Shown: positions 60,662 through 64,000 of the stretch, piece after piece | Layout of the letters: every line of letters starts with the position of its first letter | Numbering within the stretch: the first letter of the stretch is position 1 | DNA from: an uncultured bacterium | Lineage (GTDB): Bacteria; Patescibacteriota; Saccharimonadia; UBA4664 | Assembly (NCBI GenBank): GCA_963720265.1 | Contig: CAVRET010000002.1 | Span: forward strand, 392,704 to 456,703 | Length of the DNA: 64,000 nt | Direction: 5' to 3' | Position numbers and translations under genes: made by a program | Notes under the pieces: generated by a model | The model's input: only the letters and a program-made list of their open reading frames with translations | Database searches by the model: none | Told to the model about the DNA's origin: nothing

Positions 60662-60783
60662 CACGCGTCCCCACTTACGAGTAATCTAGTACCCCCATTG
60701 TAGTCTCCCGCGTCCTCAGCCACAACTAGCGGTATAATGAGGCAGCCCACCGGAACTTGAAGCGAAGCACGAGGTGTAGTGAT

Positions 60784-61473
60784 ATGAATGCGATCAGCCG
60801 GCCGGAGCAGTTGCTGCAGCGGCTTCTGCAGGGAAATCCCGTAACACCATACCAGCTCGTCGAAGCGATACTGACTGACCAGGACCCAGATTCGCTGGCA
60901 AGCCTGGCCCGCGACCTGCTGCCGGCGATCATGCGGTACCATGACCGCATGAGCCAGCTGCCGAGCTCGCGCAAAGCCATCGGCGCTAGCCGGGATTCAC
61001 TGCACAACGCTCGGCGCGAGCTCCAGCACAAGCTCGCCAGGACCAGGGCCTGGACCGAGGCCGATGCTGATGAAGCACTCGAAAAGGAGATTCGCTGGCG
61101 AAGCAGCACAGCCGCTCGTGCCGAGTCTGAAGCCGCACCCGCACTCGAGGCGGTCCGCAGCCTCACGGTTCAATTCCAAGGCTGGGGCAAACGGCCCGGT
61201 CCCAGGCTCGATGTCGCGGTGTTCGCGGCCGACCTGCCTGAGCACGTGCTGGACATCCTGTACGAGGCAAATACGCAGCTCCAGGAGGGTATATTTGCAG
61301 CCGAGGCGCCAGTCTATGCCAGCGGGGCGGACTTCCGTTGCCAAGAGATCACCCGTCTCACCTATGCTAGCGCTGAACTCGATAGACGAATCGATCATCG
61401 TCGCCGGCTATGGCAGCAGGCGTTCATCTTCGCCCGGTGGACAGCAAAGATGCTGGTCACAGCACCCACGTAA
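60784..61473 (+). CDS. Hypothetical protein (ORFan)
   Basis: GGTATAAT promoter, SD GAGGTG, hairpin 61498-61534. Confidence 0.65.
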   Translation: MNAISRPEQLLQRLLQGNPVTPYQLVEAILTDQDPDSLASLARDLLPAIMRYHDRMSQLPSSRKAIGASRDSLHNARRELQHKLARTRAWTEADADEALEKEIRWRSSTAARAESEAAPALEAVRSLTVQFQGWGKRPGPRLDVAVFAADLPEHVLDILYEANTQLQEGIFAAEAPVYASGADFRCQEITRLTYASAELDRRIDHRRRLWQQAFIFARWTAKMLVTAPT

Positions 61474-61562
61474 CTTGCCGAAGTCTGCGGCACGCACGCG
61501 GCCCGTCTCTCTCGGGATTCGAGGGACGGGCCGCTGCCATGTTGGCCTGCTACAATAGCCCC

Positions 61563-62123
61563 ATGATTGCAACCTTACGTGGCACCATAATCGAGAAGCT
61601 GCCCTCCAGCCTCATTCTTGAAGCCGGAGGCGTCGGCTACGAGCTATCCGTAACAGTAGACGAATGGGGGAGCGCCACACTCGGCTCCGAAGCCCGCTAC
61701 TATATATACGAGCAAATCCGCGAGGACGTGCACAACCTCTACGGCTTCAACGCGCTCGCTTCTCGTGAACTCTTCACACAGCTGCTCGGTGTCTCCGGCG
61801 TTGGGCCGAAACTCGCCATGCAAATCCTATCGGCCGCCGGCGAATTACGCCTGCGCCAAGCCATTGGCTCTGGCGATCCAGCTTTGCTCAAGGGCATCAC
61901 CGGCGTCGGCCCCAAAACCGCTCAGCGCGTCATGGTTGAGCTGCGCGGCAAAGTCGAAGAGGGGAGCGCCGGCCTCGCCCCGGTAGCCGATCCCACCTAC
62001 CAGGCACTTATTGCGCTCGGCTACACCCCGGTCCAAGCCACTTCGGCCGTTGCCGCTCTACCACCTGACCTCGAGGGCGACCAGACCCGCCTCAAAGCCG
62101 CGCTCAAAGGGGTAGGAAAGTGA
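61563..62123 (+). CDS. ruvA: Holliday junction branch migration protein RuvA
   Basis: MIATLRG, GGVGY, LYGF, VSGVGPKLA, ALIALGY. Confidence 0.96.
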   Translation: MIATLRGTIIEKLPSSLILEAGGVGYELSVTVDEWGSATLGSEARYYIYEQIREDVHNLYGFNALASRELFTQLLGVSGVGPKLAMQILSAAGELRLRQAIGSGDPALLKGITGVGPKTAQRVMVELRGKVEEGSAGLAPVADPTYQALIALGYTPVQATSAVAALPPDLEGDQTRLKAALKGVGK

Positions 62124-62839
62124 CCCTGCGGCTCAACCCCTGGGACGACCCTGGCTTTGCCGGTACGTACGCCGAAGAATCTGCTAACCCTACTAGCGGT
62201 TGGTACGAGCAGCAGGTCAACGCACCATCCGTGATCGCACTTATACCCCAAGGTGCCAAACGCTTGCTCGATTTTGGCTCTGGCCCCGGAGATTTTACCG
62301 CCATGTTGTCCAAACAATTCCAGCACGTGGAAGGTTGTGACCACTCGCCGGCCATGGTAAGCATTGCTAAACAGCAGCATTCAGAACTGACGTTCTTTCA
62401 GTGGGACGGCCAAGCTCCGCTTCCCACTCAGCGCGACCCTTACGACCTGATCGTCAGTAAGCTGGTCGTGCCGTTTATTCGTGACCTGAGCAGTCACATC
62501 AGACGGCTCAGAGAATCGCTGCAGCCATCGGGTAGTCTCGTCATTTCCACGGTCCATCCTGTTCATTCGGCCAAACAAGTAGCCAATTACTGGCAGACCG
62601 CCGAATACCAGCAGCAAATCGGGCGGTTTGGCATTTATGACGTTGTCCTGCACCGCAGTCTCGAGACTATAATTGCGGAATTCTCGGACAACGGTTTCAT
62701 GCTTGCGCGCCTGTCAGAGCCCAAAACGCCGGAACACCTGGCTCGGGTTCATCAAGGCCGTCCCTGCGAATTCGCACTGCCCAAGCGTATTAATCTTCAC
62801 TTTCGTCTAATCGGAGGCTCCAACCATGAATTCCGTTAA
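62120..62839 (+). CDS. Class I SAM-dependent methyltransferase
   Basis: LLDFGSGPG, DHSPAM, YDLIVS. Confidence 0.88.
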   Translation: MTLRLNPWDDPGFAGTYAEESANPTSGWYEQQVNAPSVIALIPQGAKRLLDFGSGPGDFTAMLSKQFQHVEGCDHSPAMVSIAKQQHSELTFFQWDGQAPLPTQRDPYDLIVSKLVVPFIRDLSSHIRRLRESLQPSGSLVISTVHPVHSAKQVANYWQTAEYQQQIGRFGIYDVVLHRSLETIIAEFSDNGFMLARLSEPKTPEHLARVHQGRPCEFALPKRINLHFRLIGGSNHEFR

Positions 62840-63638
62840 ACTAGGTTCCGGCCAACTGATGCCGCCCATCGGCTACGGCATGTGGCTGATCAAAAACAAA
62901 GCCGAGGCCATAAACGGCGTCGAAGTCGCCCTCGATGCTGGCTACCGCCACTTTGACACGGCCCAGTACTACGGCAACGAGCAGTATCTGGGCGAAACTC
63001 TTGAACGATCTGACGTCTCACGTGACGATCTCTTCATTACCACCAAAATCAAAAACGAAAACCAAGCTCAGCAAACTCTCATCCCTAGCTACGAGGAATC
63101 ACTCGAAAAGCTTCGCACCAACTACGCTGACCTCCTCTTGCTACACTTCCCAGTTACTAAGATGCGCGGCCCGGCTTGGCGCCTCATGGAGCGGCTGTAT
63201 CAGGAAGGCCGCGCAAAGTCCATCGGCGTTTCAAATTACACCACCCGCCATCTCGAAGAACTCTTAAGTGAATGTTCTGTGCCGCCGGCCGTCAACCAAG
63301 TTGAGCTGCATGTTTATCTGCAACAGCCCGAGCTGGTCGACTTTTGTAAAAAGCACAACATCCTTATCGAAGCCTATTCGCCGCTCGCCCACGGCGAAGG
63401 CCTGGATAATCCCAAGCTCGTCGAAATCGCAGAGAAATATGATAAAACGCCGGCCCAAATCATGATCCGCTGGTGCATTGATATCGACACCGTGCCCCTG
63501 CCCAAATCCGTTACTCCCGTGCGCATCAAGTCCAACTTCGACGTGTTCGATTTCTCACTCGACGAAGGTGATATGAAAGTGGTCAAATCGCTAGACGCCA
63601 ACCTCCGTACCGCCTGGGACCCTACTGACGTCGCCTAA
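62826..63638 (+). CDS. Aldo/keto reductase
   Basis: GYRHFDTAQYYGNE, IGVSNY, NQVELH, LPKS. Confidence 0.95.
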   Translation: MNSVKLGSGQLMPPIGYGMWLIKNKAEAINGVEVALDAGYRHFDTAQYYGNEQYLGETLERSDVSRDDLFITTKIKNENQAQQTLIPSYEESLEKLRTNYADLLLLHFPVTKMRGPAWRLMERLYQEGRAKSIGVSNYTTRHLEELLSECSVPPAVNQVELHVYLQQPELVDFCKKHNILIEAYSPLAHGEGLDNPKLVEIAEKYDKTPAQIMIRWCIDIDTVPLPKSVTPVRIKSNFDVFDFSLDEGDMKVVKSLDANLRTAWDPTDVA

Positions 63639-63985
63639 GCTGCTTCGGAATACTCGCTATGGTCAACCAGGCGCCCAAAAGCCCGGCGCCACAGCGTTCG
63701 GTTTGCACGCTCGGTTTCAGCATTGCCCAACCATACGCGCCTCGCAAGTCCATTCACCAGACTTTGCGCTAACGTTCGGTCGGCCATGCCCACATACTGG
63801 TCTCCGGCCAATTCGTGCTCATGGCTCGCAGCTTCAGCCTCAATCGCGAGTGCCAACATTTCCTGCTCAAATGCGTTAAGCGGGCGATCAAGCGGAACCA
63901 GTGTTGCATCCCGCCACTGTTCGAGCATTTGCTCGGAGTGCTCCGCAAAATGCGGCTGAATGCCGCTTTCGTGAAGTCGCCGCAT
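63635..63985 (-). CDS. Hypothetical protein (may extend beyond the window)
   Basis: Acidic helical ORF converging on the reductase. Confidence 0.45.
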   Translation of the reverse strand: MRRLHESGIQPHFAEHSEQMLEQWRDATLVPLDRPLNAFEQEMLALAIEAEAASHEHELAGDQYVGMADRTLAQSLVNGLARRVWLGNAETERANRTLWRRAFGRLVDHSEYSEAA

Positions 63986-64000
63986 TGATGCGGACGAATT

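Overview
GC-rich bacterial chromosome segment using genetic code 11. Gene content and style suggest Patescibacteria/CPR, probably Saccharimonadia-like (inference). The core backbone carries ftsH, murJ-hydrolase-murF-ddl, lepA, bcp, hrcA-grpE-dnaK-dnaJ with CIRCE operators, yebC-ruvC-ruvA, a glycogen operon, tRNA(CAU), tRNA-Lys and a tnpA-only IS200. The main finding is a ~15.5 kb island at the 3' end of tRNA(CAU) (3091-18613). It is a tandem array of four modules separated by five related CCACCA-core junctions. Only one module encodes a large serine recombinase. That recombinase reads through its own junction, so its C-terminus depends on the neighbouring module, and excision would fuse it in frame to a conserved HTH ORF starting at the module's other end. 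Also noted: a tRNA-like sRNA candidate, many hairpin-flanked ORFans, and widespread leaderless-type promoters. All product calls come from motif recognition by eye; no database searches were run.
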